A DNA stretch of 55,979 nt from positions 1 to 55,979 of IMG/VR virus record IMGVR_UViG_3300020385_000019; one strand, given 5' to 3'. Position 1 is the first letter of the stretch. Each line of letters starts with the position of its first letter. This DNA is from a virus (lineage: Duplodnaviria; Caudoviricetes). Under the pieces are notes generated by a model, which made no database searches, was not told where the DNA came from, and worked only from the letters and a program-made list of their open reading frames with translations. Shown here in pieces: positions 9,901 through 19,400 of this stretch. A program made the position numbers and the translations under genes.

Positions 9901-12900
9901 ATGATGAATCACGCATACCGCCCATAACCATGCCGCCAGTACGCTTACCCTGTCCTCTCAGATTGCCCCAATCTTCTGTTTTTGTGTTGGCCAATTCGTT
10001 TTTTGTTTTATTGATAACTGCCTCTATTTCATCGGCGGTCATGCCATCCGCATTCAGTGTTTCAGGCAAAGAAAAACCGCTCTTAGGCGGCTCTGTTTTT
10101 TTAATTTGCTGATTTGAACTATCTGGAATTTCCGGATTGTTGGATTGAGCTGTAGGATCTTGGTTAAATAGAGGGGGCTCGCTATCACCAAACATATCAG
10201 GGCCGTTGTTTTGCTCTGTGCTTTCTGGCTCGGCTTCTGTTTCTGTAATAGGTGCGGTACTAGGTGCGGACTTTCCATCTTTAGGTGCGGATATTGAATC
10301 GCGTATTTGTTGAGCTGGTTTTTCTGCTTGTAATGTATCATCAATGCCAAACTCTTTACGCAATTCGTTATACGCCATGCGGTTAATGCTTTCTGGCGTA
10401 TCACTATTAAACTCTTGATATGTTTCAAACGATGATTCAGCGAGCGCTTTATCAATAGCCGGTTCATAACTTTCTTCTATTTTAGCCATGGCAACATCAA
10501 AGCCAGGTGAGCCTTTTTTAAGGCCCTGCTCTTTGGCTTGGCTCTGTAACCATTTGCGTTTAGTGGCTTTTAGTATCGGTGGTAGTTCGGCTGATTGTTC
10601 AGGATTAACAGCGTCTTGTTCACTATTTTCAAGTTTTTGCTCTGGAATAACACTGTTTTGTTCATTCGTAACAGTCTGGCTACCCTGCGTTTCGGTGCTG
10701 GGCATTTCTTTGGCTAATGGCACTAGCTGTTCAATAGGCGCATTTAAGCGGGTTACTTTTACAGTTTCGCCTTTTTCGCGTGCGGCTAACCATTGGTGAT
10801 GCCCGTCTAATATATAGTTGTCATTCGATACCAGTATAGAGCGGCTGCCGCCTTCAAACTCTTTCGCTTGCTTTACTTTTGCTGGCGAAAATTCTTGCTG
10901 TGTTGGTTTTAATGAGCTTGCTTGCACCTCATCTTTTTCATTGCCAATATCACGCGCTTTCATAAAATTAACCATAGCGCCGCGATTTTCAGCTTTGATT
11001 TGTGGCATTTCTGAACGCGGTATATTTTTGGTGCCGCTCTCCTTGGTAAATGATTGCCATTCATCATCAATCATTTCACCTGCAATATTCTTATTTTCTT
11101 CGCTATTCACTTTTTCCGTGTCAACGTTTAACGATAACGCTTCACCTTCTTGTTGGGCTGGCTGCGCTTGATCACCCTGTTCATTTTGCGCAACTGTATC
11201 AGACTCAGGACTTTGCTCCGCTGCTGCCTGCTCTGAATCTTGCTTGGTGCCGTCATCACCTTTAATCGTCCAGCCAAAGCCGTTATCAAAACTAACCGCT
11301 TTTGTTTTGTGGCCGGCTCTGCGTGCTGCGCGTGCTTCTTTACTTAGTAGCGCATCGCGTTTCGTTTTAAATGCTTCACCATTTTTAGCCACGTTAACGC
11401 CGCTTTCGTTACCGGCAAACACAATATCTTTTTGCGGCAATAAATTTTGCGAGTCTTTACCGGCTTGTTTTACACGCTCTGCTGCGCGTTGCTGTGGTCG
11501 GCCATCTTCACCAAAAATAATATCTTTTTGTGCAATGCCTTTAGGCTGTGACTCAAGATCCGCTTGTGCTTGCTCGCGCATTTCACGGTTTTTAGTTTGC
11601 TCAGTTGTTGGCAGCTTGCCTTGCTCGGGTACTGTCTGACCATCAATAGGGGCTTTTTCAATACCTGGCGCGTTCGGCGCTTCTGCTCTTATCAACTCGC
11701 CTTCGTGCTGATACTTTATAGGACTAAAGCGATCCTCTGGCGTTGGTGACTTGTCAAACGCTGCCGCTTTTACGCGTTCGTCTACAGTAGGTGCGTTGTT
11801 GCCTGCTTCTAAATCTTTTAACGATTGCTGTGCGGGGCTGGTAAGCATATCACCATACTGGCCGGCTGCTTTTGCTGTTTGATCAAAGCCTGCCTGCCTT
11901 GCGGCTGTTGGCGCATCGTAATCAATATCATCATTTTTAAATACAGGCGTTTGCGTATCTTCTGGTATTGTTTGCGCTTGCTCAACTTGCCGCGCTTCAT
12001 TCGTTACCCCTTCATCAATACCAAATTGATCTCGCACTGTCTTAGAAACTATTTCTTGCGCTTCTTGTTCGTTAAATCCTTTTTTTATAGCCGCTTCATA
12101 CTGCTGAGATTTAATTTTATCCATAGCTTCTTCTGGTGATATTCCAGCTTCAACCATTTGTTCGTAACCATCCTTTACAACCTGCTCAGATTTTTCCTTA
12201 AAGCTTTCAGCTCTGCGGTTGGCAATACCGCCTATTGCGCCTGCTGCCCCACCAAAGGCACCGCCAGCAATGCCTTCATTTAATCCTGCGGCTACAACTC
12301 CTTTCATTGAATCTCTATTATCAATAGGTTGCAAGGCTTCATTTATACCATACTGCTGAGCGCCAGCTTGAATAGACTCTGTTGTTCCTTCCGTTACAGT
12401 TCCAGCCAAAGCGCTCTTTAGCGCTCCACTTTTGGCTATTCTTGCACCCGTTAACGCCTTGCCTATAATCGGGTCGCCTATTGCGCTTGCCGCAAAATTC
12501 GCAACTAACACCTTGGGGTCTGTTCTTACATCTTGAGCAACACGACTAGCAATTTCATCTTTTGCCAAGTCCCATTTTTCAGCACCGCTAAGGCTTGGGT
12601 TTTTTGAGTGTATATCTTTTAGCACGCCTACAAACATTGGTGAATCGGCAAGCATATCATCAGGCATGTTTTGAATTTCCTGCCTTGCTTGCTCCATGCC
12701 TTGACCAGTGCCAGCCGCGCCACCTGTAGCGCCCATGCCTATAGCGCCTGCAACCTTGCTCCCTTTACTGCCTAAGCTCGCCACCTTTGTTACTGCTCTT
12801 GCTGCTGCGCCACCTGGAACCACTGTTCCTGCGAATTGGCCTGCAACATTGGCCATTGTTAAGATCCACGTATCAATATCCTTCATACCCTCACCAATAG

Positions 12901-13183
12901 CCATATCGCCATTAGCATCTTCGGTTATGAATTGTTTGTTTAGTGACTCTCTACCGCTTTCTGACATTGTTTTTTGCTGGTCATCCGACCAAGCATAAAG
13001 CGACTTAGCCACCCCCTCCGCGCCAACAAAGTCAAACATGCCGCCCATACCGCTAAGCGCCCCAGCTTGGAATGAGTCTGCAACATCACCGGCAAGCCCA
13101 TCGTTAAGGGTCGTGTTTTGACTTTCCTTTTCAATTGTCGGGGCTGCTTCTACGGGTGATTTTTCAAAATAATTATAGGCCAT
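3980..13183 (-). CDS. Large polyvalent ejection/internal virion protein (ParB-like, LPD1-type zincin, second HExxxH zincin, MuF-C/PBECR-like, LPD38-like C-terminus)
   Basis: 3067 aa, last gene of the late operon; motifs ILDGHHQW, FGEKLGGARKD, SLAHEWWHALD, LAHETIAHGG, INNIASVYGK. Confidence 0.75.
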   Translation of the reverse strand: MAYNYFEKSPVEAAPTIEKESQNTTLNDGLAGDVADSFQAGALSGMGGMFDFVGAEGVAKSLYAWSDDQQKTMSESGRESLNKQFITEDANGDMAIGEGMKDIDTWILTMANVAGQFAGTVVPGGAAARAVTKVASLGSKGSKVAGAIGMGATGGAAGTGQGMEQARQEIQNMPDDMLADSPMFVGVLKDIHSKNPSLSGAEKWDLAKDEIASRVAQDVRTDPKVLVANFAASAIGDPIIGKALTGARIAKSGALKSALAGTVTEGTTESIQAGAQQYGINEALQPIDNRDSMKGVVAAGLNEGIAGGAFGGAAGAIGGIANRRAESFKEKSEQVVKDGYEQMVEAGISPEEAMDKIKSQQYEAAIKKGFNEQEAQEIVSKTVRDQFGIDEGVTNEARQVEQAQTIPEDTQTPVFKNDDIDYDAPTAARQAGFDQTAKAAGQYGDMLTSPAQQSLKDLEAGNNAPTVDERVKAAAFDKSPTPEDRFSPIKYQHEGELIRAEAPNAPGIEKAPIDGQTVPEQGKLPTTEQTKNREMREQAQADLESQPKGIAQKDIIFGEDGRPQQRAAERVKQAGKDSQNLLPQKDIVFAGNESGVNVAKNGEAFKTKRDALLSKEARAARRAGHKTKAVSFDNGFGWTIKGDDGTKQDSEQAAAEQSPESDTVAQNEQGDQAQPAQQEGEALSLNVDTEKVNSEENKNIAGEMIDDEWQSFTKESGTKNIPRSEMPQIKAENRGAMVNFMKARDIGNEKDEVQASSLKPTQQEFSPAKVKQAKEFEGGSRSILVSNDNYILDGHHQWLAAREKGETVKVTRLNAPIEQLVPLAKEMPSTETQGSQTVTNEQNSVIPEQKLENSEQDAVNPEQSAELPPILKATKRKWLQSQAKEQGLKKGSPGFDVAMAKIEESYEPAIDKALAESSFETYQEFNSDTPESINRMAYNELRKEFGIDDTLQAEKPAQQIRDSISAPKDGKSAPSTAPITETEAEPESTEQNNGPDMFGDSEPPLFNQDPTAQSNNPEIPDSSNQQIKKTEPPKSGFSLPETLNADGMTADEIEAVINKTKNELANTKTEDWGNLRGQGKRTGGMVMGGMRDSSLQGEKSYLNPIGKLEDVNKADYDDAIATFNDNSIAKSAYGKARSAGFDHDTSLRYGLSKVADIGMTFSELLKVAKQKDKVSEKPANNKSSTNQATVKQENIDDFGEKLGGARKDVWSGFSEAIQDQKSTTELPLSKAWPEPNYKELVEKGANAESAALIAAMRSEIPSKPRVARKVARWAEKVNTLKSFAADLMNGDRNVASVMQRMRNHSSKLAAVVDAIPSIAKADIDTLKNVADYRISSGSFSIFGGKTYSPSKVFYFIERNGRPVYDGASETLSDVQALLTKVIKAEQTDNANATSGKKSKISVYRDRYTKDIYLGWKGAGGVLKIKSFDDLGAARDYLKNNREEVEQTLQKIKETPSMRKPVNAERIGPERYAENVTPDTFGETFGFRGVEFGNWVEQAKRQKNLNQAYDGLMDLAEALDLPPKALSLNGKLGLAFGARGKGGKNPAAAHYEPNSVVINLTKKAGSGSLAHEWWHALDNYFGKQKTKGEFITESPHSMGSDEIRPEMASAFKHVKSAIAQSGLPERSRELDTRRSKAYWATPVEMTARSFETYIIDKLNQQGITNDYLANVVGSEAWAAAESMGFESDNTYPYPNKEEQEKINPAYQTLFDTVESENTSQGIRLFSKSKKPTSGKSISTEQAQRIADKFVKDLKGANGITVSILDDTATAEKLWRMSLDGATVKGAYSEMSNTVYVIAENIDSETDLKQTLAHETIAHGGLDTVIGKEAKQEFIDRIKKTKGRKAFEQYWKDANNDYWDMDDNVKAEEIFARFVENEPSKGEVKYWWNALKRFIRKQLDKLGVVYREDDEVTAMRDMLESIVKGFKAQRETAEQQQGGIALSSKKNKPSDNGDSNESEQYRKDLAKAMRSLRSNPQMITLGKTPKVLRLLGAPDLSLQISRDTIKKATNGIKHAVGMDVIANLPEHLSDPIAVFKSKTHGKVLLIDAVDNNNNPIIAAVHFEKKAGRNLQINNIASVYGKDNADSALKGFELEYLNEGKNPALVRLVGLQLSRSGSPSQGLSKNVLTKEDIVKENPDISFSRTANNDTSPAPNKIAGSVKKAFTRDRFEKSSVPEWEALNAQLRETDKTAGEKIKRQLSRWFMPGGNLPETVQQAKRGRDRDVAVHEFDVSMLVGKLNSAMKSAKINPDRLTDAQWSKYHEFLTGENDGKALNKSERDTLILMREHIDGLTKDYVASVNNKLHQRFAEDGTLDPKESARLEKMLGNMGKYLNRSYKAFDDPKWFEKIPTKVIDDARAYLMKQYEKDGATAKEAQQKAQVTMNEMVKTSTAYDSLGSFIAESKLGSKDLSTLIPRKDISPEIRALLGEYIDPRVNYAKSVSKMSAMIANDKLLSTIRDMGINNFIFEKDSRPPNATVQLAGEKSEVYAPLNGMWTTPEIKEAFEDAMGGERGEGWLEKAIRLNGLIKYGKTVLSPTTAMRNVMSAYFFTVANGHFNQKYMKQAVAAFNAQVKEKVTDGESDYIKRLIKLGVLYDSANAGDIVKVMTDGKINQMLEGRSNTGFDGLNKLADKTTENLRWLTAKATGFYRFGDDFWKIVGFENEKAALIRTGMEESDAEVVAAERIQDTYPTYSRVGKAGVWLSRFPLAGTFVSFPAEIIRTTGNMMKLAASEIKSDNPEIRAMGAKRIVGMSLASGGMFALSALSAAMFGVTDDEEEALRDLAPPWQKNSTFVYAGRDSDNNLRYFDMSFLDPYAYWKRPIEAMMRDQPVNEAIASSLSDMVSPFLGTDITTSKILEVLSNKKSSGGQVYKESDTAIRKSADIASHLALGLAPGFVNNAWRIGMAAGDVKRSTGKPYSLSDEMLALAGFRSSTFDPKVGLYYRTFDFNSAIAEARKELSGVLRDPNKVSDEEISAAKARAKTKQEQAFKQMSRLIKAAQTGGASRRQVVQILFLAGISKRNVGFLLREQVPPVNLSDRSFESAVKRAQLIMDNESAREVRSRFNRIIKND

Positions 13184-13193
13184 TTCGTTCTCT

Positions 13194-14666
13194 TTATTTT
13201 TTCTCAGAAGGTTTTTTGGTTAGCCAGTCTAGCGCAGGCGAAATAGCTTCATCGCCTATATACTCGCCAATATCGCCAAGCGTGCCAGGCACCGAGCCAA
13301 GGGTTTGGCCTGTCTGCGTTAATACGCTGTCTAGGTGAGACATATCCGAATAATCAATTGGCTTTGCTTCGTTCTTATATTTGCCGCCGATACCATCTCT
13401 AAGGCCGTTAAAAAACCCCGGCTCAGCTAGCTTACTGTTAGAATTGCTAGAGGGTGCCGGAGTGCCGCTTGATGTTCCATTCAAAATTGAGTTTGCGAGA
13501 TCTTCTTTTACCTTTGCTCTTTCCGCGTTGCCATTATTGCCGCTTGCCTCGCCTGCTTTGGGCTCATCTCCTTTTTGCTCACCTTCGCTTTTAATGCCGT
13601 AAGCCTTGTTGAGCTGGTCTATTCTTTGTAGGTATATGTTTTTCACTCGCTCTACGGCTTGCTGTCTTTCTTCATCGCTTGCGCCTAAACTGCTATCAGA
13701 CTGTATTTTTGCAAATGCTTTGGTCATATCATCCTGAAGTGCGCCAAGCTTTTTCTGGTAGTCAGCTTTAGACTCTCCGCCCTTTCCACCAAATCGCGCG
13801 CCTATCTGCGCGCCTATCTGCGCACCCATTTTATCCCAATACTCAGGGCGCTCCATCATATCGGCCATCATTGCGCGAGTTTTTATAGTGGCAAAAAGCT
13901 CTTTGGGCGTATAGGTCATTACTGGATCATCAGGTTCAGATGTTCTGCCTTTTGTCATAGACTTTCTTTCTTTCATGCCATTTTCATAAGTAATCTCTAA
14001 CTCAAAACCAAACCTTACTGGCTCGCCTGGTTCACTCAGCGGCACATAGTTAACAATTCTATTATTTGCCACCTTTGACTTAACACTCTCGTCGTACTGT
14101 CCAATGGTTGAATTTAGCTTGTCGGAAAAAGCAGCGTTTGTTAGCTCCAATGCTCTTGGTGAGTTCATTTCTGAAATTTTCCCAGTCTTCGCCACGTCAC
14201 CAAGGAATGAGTCAAACATTTTTATGTTTTCTCTGACTTCAGGCTTCGTGTACGTGCGAGGGTCCATAGCCTTGTTACGCTGCATTACTTCTTCTAGTTC
14301 TTTCGGTATAGTCCCCGTATCTCTGTATGTTTGCCACGCCATTGCTATTGCTGGCTGGTCTTTTTTCCAATTCGCTTGCTGTGTTTGGTAGTTTTGCTGC
14401 CACGTTCTTTGCAGCTGGTTCGCTTCAAGCGTGCTTTTGCGGTAATCCGCGGTTGCTTTAGCCTGATCTTTACGATAAGTAACGTCCTGCTCGCGATTGT
14501 CTTTTCGTTCTTTATCTAACTGCGCTTGTCGATCTAAACCATCTTGATAGCGTTGCTCATTTCGCTTATCCATATCAGCTAACCGGGCTTTATTATCTTG
14601 GTTTGATTGATAACGCTCCATCATTTCAAAGCCTTTCAATGCACCGTCTACAAATGCGCCTGCCAT
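13194..14666 (-). CDS. Putative DNA ejection protein
   Basis: 490 aa, Q/R/D-rich coiled N-terminus, directly upstream of the giant protein. Confidence 0.55.
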   Translation of the reverse strand: MAGAFVDGALKGFEMMERYQSNQDNKARLADMDKRNEQRYQDGLDRQAQLDKERKDNREQDVTYRKDQAKATADYRKSTLEANQLQRTWQQNYQTQQANWKKDQPAIAMAWQTYRDTGTIPKELEEVMQRNKAMDPRTYTKPEVRENIKMFDSFLGDVAKTGKISEMNSPRALELTNAAFSDKLNSTIGQYDESVKSKVANNRIVNYVPLSEPGEPVRFGFELEITYENGMKERKSMTKGRTSEPDDPVMTYTPKELFATIKTRAMMADMMERPEYWDKMGAQIGAQIGARFGGKGGESKADYQKKLGALQDDMTKAFAKIQSDSSLGASDEERQQAVERVKNIYLQRIDQLNKAYGIKSEGEQKGDEPKAGEASGNNGNAERAKVKEDLANSILNGTSSGTPAPSSNSNSKLAEPGFFNGLRDGIGGKYKNEAKPIDYSDMSHLDSVLTQTGQTLGSVPGTLGDIGEYIGDEAISPALDWLTKKPSEKK

Positions 14667-14676
14667 ACATTACCCC

Positions 14677-14934
14677 TTAAAGTGAACCCGCAGCTAAGCC
14701 AATTGCTGCGCCAATTGCTGCGCCCCACGGACCGCCAACTGAACCAGCTTGCGCTCCTGCCATAGCTCCTGCCATAGCACCTGTTCCGGCAGCGCTAATT
14801 TGTGCTGACTTCTTTTGTTGCTTTAGGTTTTCATTGGTCATATCGCGATTTTGTTCCATATCCGACAATGTTTTAAGTGAGCCAGTAGCCTTGTTTTTGG
14901 TACTCTGGCCAGCTTGCATGATTGAATAAGCCAT
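14677..14934 (-). CDS. Small glycine-zipper virion/ejection protein
   Basis: C-terminal GAMAGAMAGAQAG...GAAIGAAIG. Confidence 0.6.
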   Translation of the reverse strand: MAYSIMQAGQSTKNKATGSLKTLSDMEQNRDMTNENLKQQKKSAQISAAGTGAMAGAMAGAQAGSVGGPWGAAIGAAIGLAAGSL

Positions 14935-15368
14935 TATTTACCACCTATATCAGCTAGGGATTTAGGCGCACCGCCTTGCCCCGTTAGTATTGAATTTTGT
15001 AAGTCATCTACTGACTCGCGTGTTTCGTTGTTTACAGAGGCCGTTGTAAGGCTTTTTAATAAGCCTGTATTGGCGCTGCTTTGCTTTGTTTCGTCCGGTG
15101 TTAAACCGTATCGACCTAAGCGCTGAGATTCAGCTACCTTGGACTGATTGAAAGAGGTATTTATATTTGTTTCATTACGGGCCATTTGCTCATTTAAAAG
15201 CTTGTCGCTAGTCGCTAAGCCAAACAATTCTTCCTGTACCGGTAAAAAGCGCGTTTTATAATCTTCAAATTGCTGGCGAGTTAGATCCGCTAATGCGTCT
15301 TTATAACTGGCTGTTCTGATATTGGTGGTATCAACATCGTAAATGTCGTATTCAAAATCATCGTCCAT
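14934..15368 (-). CDS. Putative virion protein
   Basis: GGGGG RBS-like, tightly coupled within the late operon. Confidence 0.55.
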   Translation of the reverse strand: MDDDFEYDIYDVDTTNIRTASYKDALADLTRQQFEDYKTRFLPVQEELFGLATSDKLLNEQMARNETNINTSFNQSKVAESQRLGRYGLTPDETKQSSANTGLLKSLTTASVNNETRESVDDLQNSILTGQGGAPKSLADIGGK

Positions 15369-15376
15369 ATATCCCC

Positions 15377-16003
15377 CTAAGCTGGTTGGTCGCCATTGTA
15401 ATTGGAAGGTGTGCCAGCAATAATGCTTGCATCATTAACATCAACTTCTGGCAAGTTTTTGTAGTAACTTCCAGCCGCGCCAGCAAGCGCACCAGCTGCG
15501 CCTAAAACTGAGTCAGTATTTTTTCTGCTGTTGCTAGCATCGTTAATGGCTTTTCGTTGCGAGCTGACGGCTATATCACTAAGCGTTGCTGTTGCTTCTT
15601 GTGACTGCCCTTGCCCCATAGCCATTACATTACTCATCTTGCCAGCGTAACGCTCCTGCCCTGCAACCTGTGAGCGTGATTTTGCATCGCTTGTTACTGT
15701 CGCTTCATTGTCAGCCATGTTGCCAACAACACTTTTAAACTTGCCGCTGTTTGGGTTTATGCCGTTCGCTTCCATGTTTGAAAGTGTATTGTTGCTGGCT
15801 TCTGAAAACGATTTTTTATAACCAATATTGGTGCTCTCGGCTATGTCATCGTAAACGCTTGCGTCATTGGCTTGCTTGGCATCGTCAATAACCATGTTTT
15901 CAAACGGTACAATGCTGTCTTGGTAGTAGCCCCATTCCTCGGCATATACTTTTGCTAGCTCTTTTTCGTACGATGTTTCTTTGACTTCGTTGGACTTACC
16001 CAT
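15377..16003 (-). CDS. Putative internal virion/ejection protein (start MGKSNE)
   Basis: MGKS start, A/S/Q-rich, C-terminal GAAGALAGAAG zipper. Confidence 0.55.
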   Translation of the reverse strand: MGKSNEVKETSYEKELAKVYAEEWGYYQDSIVPFENMVIDDAKQANDASVYDDIAESTNIGYKKSFSEASNNTLSNMEANGINPNSGKFKSVVGNMADNEATVTSDAKSRSQVAGQERYAGKMSNVMAMGQGQSQEATATLSDIAVSSQRKAINDASNSRKNTDSVLGAAGALAGAAGSYYKNLPEVDVNDASIIAGTPSNYNGDQPA

Positions 16004-16008
16004 GAATC

Positions 16009-16425
16009 TTAATCCCCTAAAAAGTGTCGCCACACGGTTAAACCATCACGCACGCCAGCGTGAGCCCAGCCATGCGAGGGAGCTACTTTGTTAAACCCGC
16101 GTCTAGCGGTTGCAAATTCGATAAATTGAGCCTTGCCGCATTTAGCAAGTCTAATGATGTGATGCAGGTAACGCTGCGTAGCATTCCCGCCGTGGCATGA
16201 CGCTACTGTTATCTCGATAAAGGTTTTGCTTTCAATATGACGAGGCCGCAAAATAAAAAAGCCATCTGGCACCAAAAACAAAAAAGCCCACTCGTTTGAG
16301 CAGGCTTTGTCGATTTCTTGGTATAGGTGTGGGTCGTTTGCAATATTACCTATTCGAGTTATTGGCTCTTTAAGCCGATCACGGTGTTTATCCCATGATA
16401 CGCATTGCAGATAAGACTTTTCCAT
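16009..16425 (-). CDS. Hypothetical protein, possibly GNAT-like fold
   Basis: Position before the ejection genes; alpha/beta pattern ending IEFATARRGF. Confidence 0.5.
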   Translation of the reverse strand: MEKSYLQCVSWDKHRDRLKEPITRIGNIANDPHLYQEIDKACSNEWAFLFLVPDGFFILRPRHIESKTFIEITVASCHGGNATQRYLHHIIRLAKCGKAQFIEFATARRGFNKVAPSHGWAHAGVRDGLTVWRHFLGD

Positions 16426-16463
16426 TATGTAGAAATACTAACCTATATTGGGGGGTTTATCCA

Positions 16464-19400
16464 TTATGATATTGTAGAGCCGGCTTTAAACGCCTCAAAT
16501 CTCACGGGGCCAGATGCAGCACCCTGGTTCCCTGCGCCAAGGCGAATATAATATGTTCGCGCTGTATTTGCTGGAATGGTCGTAGTAAAGCTAGGGATCA
16601 GCCCTTCTCCATATGTTGTATGGTTTTGAATAATTGAAGATGTGTGGCTAGCATATAGGCTAACTGACTTAAATCTGCTATTCATCCCGCCCCAATCTGA
16701 AACCCTAATCCCTGAGATAACAACATAACGAGCAAATGGCAATGCGGCCACTGTAAAACTAACAAGCTCGCCATTGCTGCTGCCAGAGTTAACAGGCGAT
16801 GGCGACTTAATTATCGAGTCGTAAACATCGCCCTCCAGGTTTTCTGCATATACAGTACCGTAAAAGCTCGCATTTTGGCCGAACAATTGGTTTATGTAAG
16901 CTTGGTTTATTTGAGCAGAGCCAATAGCGCCGTTAGCAATATACGTAGTCACATTCGAACTCAAGATTTTACTAAGTCCTGCAAATGGGCCAAGTGAAGG
17001 CTTGCCCGTTATGCTGTCATATGCAAGTGAGTCTTTAGAGGCTAAGTTTCCTAGCCCTGTAACTTTAGAGGACGGTATTGCGCCGGTCGATGACATTACA
17101 ACGTTGCCGTTGTTGTCTTTAATGGTTACAGATTGAAGCGTGGCACTTTTAGCAAGCATGTTACCGTTCGGATCAATCGAAAAATTACCACTTCTTGCGC
17201 CGTTGCTTGGGTTGTAATTAATTGACGGCGTTGTCAGTCTTGAGCCAACAAGCAACCTATTGGCAAGCAGGTCATCAGTAACCAGGCTTTTTATAAATGC
17301 CTCGTCAATAATCGCCGTATTTATAACCGTTTTACCGCCTGAAACTGCAAAAACAGGCGTCAAGTTAGTAGGATCTTGATCTGTTATAACGGCAAGCTTA
17401 GCGCCTTTAACTGCGAATATAGGCTCAACACCATCATTCACCAAGCCAACACTTGATTGCAGGCCGTTAACGCTGGTCTTTACACCCCACAAGGCTGAGA
17501 AGTCCCCCTCGTTAGATGCAACTGTTTGGCTCAGAGTTTGCAGACTAGCGCCCACACTATTACCGTTTGCATCCTCAATGGTGGCCTTTAGTATCTGATT
17601 TGCGCTACTTATTGCGCCGTCCGCATCTGTTTTGGTGTAAAAGTTATTGTATAAATCAGCACCTATGCTTGAGCCGTTCGGATCTTCAATGGTACTTTTT
17701 AGCTGCGTAGTTGCTGAACTTATCGCGCTATCGGCTTGCGTCTTTGTGTAATAGTTAGTTTGAAGTAATGAGTTTACATTGCTTAATTCAGTATCAAGCT
17801 CAGATCCTAGAGTTGTTACAGCTGAGCTTATAGCGCTATCTGTATCGGTTTTGGTGTAGTAATTCGTTTCAAGCTGAGATTTGTTGCCATCAATATTCGA
17901 TTGTAACGCCGTTCTTGCAGAGCTAATTGCCTGGTTTACTTCTGCTGTGGTTGAGTAATTAACGTATAAATCCGCACCAACACTATCACCGTTAGGATCC
18001 TCGATGGCGCTTTTCAATTGCGTAGTTGCTGAGCTGATCGCACTATCTGCTGCCGCTTTAGTGTAATAATTGGTTTGCAAATCAGCACCAATACTATCAC
18101 CACTTGGATCTTCTATAGCCGCACGTAAAGCAGTATCAGCACTAGCAATAGCCTCGTTTACCTTGGCGCTCGTAAAGTAATTATTTACTAGGTCGGCTTT
18201 TACATTGCCAACGTCACTATCAAGCTTTAATAAGTCTTGAGCGGTTGCCTGCGTTTTGGTGGCAAAAGTGGTTTGCAGTTGGTATAAACCTGCTTTGCTT
18301 TCATCAATTGACGCATTTAAAGCAAAAACACTTTCTGCCAATGCTGTTTGCTCGTTGGCTAACACGCGCTGGTTTAATATCAAGTCCGCTTCTGCAAAAG
18401 TCCTTCTCTCACCTTCTAAGTCATTCGCTAACGCGTTTTCAATAATCGCTTGTGCGCTTGGCATAAACTCTGCTCGCAACTGCTGGCTAGAGCTTGCGGT
18501 TGCTTCTTCTGCGTCCGCTTTAGTTTGAAAATCGTTAAACAAGGTTGCGCCAATGCTGCCACCCTCAGGATCTTCAATTTCACTTTTTAGTGCGGTGGCT
18601 GCCTGGCTTATTGCTGTGTTTGTTTCTGCCGTCGTCGAGTAGTTTACCTGTAGGTCTGCGTTTATTTCATCTTTAACGCCTTGATCACCATCTGTAATAT
18701 CGCTATCAATAGTTGACTTTAAAGCGGTGGTAGCAGTGCTTATCGCTGATTCAGTGTCGGTTTTCGTTGAAAAGTTTTGATATATGTCAGCTGCTAAGCT
18801 ATCGCCTTCGGGATCTTCAATCGCTGATTTTAGTTGTTGCGTTGCCTGTGATATTGCAAGCCCAGTCTCTGCTGTGGTTGAATAATTTTGCTGTAAATCA
18901 GCGCCAATGCTTGAACCGTTAGGATCTTCAATGGTTGCTTGCATTGCGTTTACAGCTTCGCTTATGGCGCTATCTGTATTCGCTTTGGTGTAGTAGGCAT
19001 TAAACAGCGTTGCGCCAAGGCTATCGCCGCTCGGATCTTCTATGGCCGCTTTTAATAAGGTTGTCGCATTACTAATTGCGCTGTCCGCTTCGGTTTGCGT
19101 GTAGTAATTTGTTTGAAGATCGGCGGTAATAGTTTGCAACGCATTGGCATCACCATCATCTATCGCTTGCAAAAGCTCTGTTTTAAGCGCGGTAACACTG
19201 CCCGCTATAGCGCTGTCTGTATTCGCTTTTGTGTAAACGTTTTCATATACATCAGATTTTAGATCGTCAATATTGGCATTTAGCTGTGTAGTGGCCTGCG
19301 CTATTGCTTCTTCTACTTGCGTTGTAGTCGAGTAATCATTAAATAGCACTGCGCCAATGCTGCTACCTTGCGCATCCTCGATTTCAGATTTCAGCAATTG

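Noticed and set aside
13795-13827. 12-bp tandem repeat encoding GAQIGAQIGA
   Set aside because: Short in-frame slippage duplication with no evident function
16464-16900. Second DGR variable repeat at the end of the 1905-aa tail gene
   Set aside because: No similarity to TR seen by eye and no IMH or hairpin
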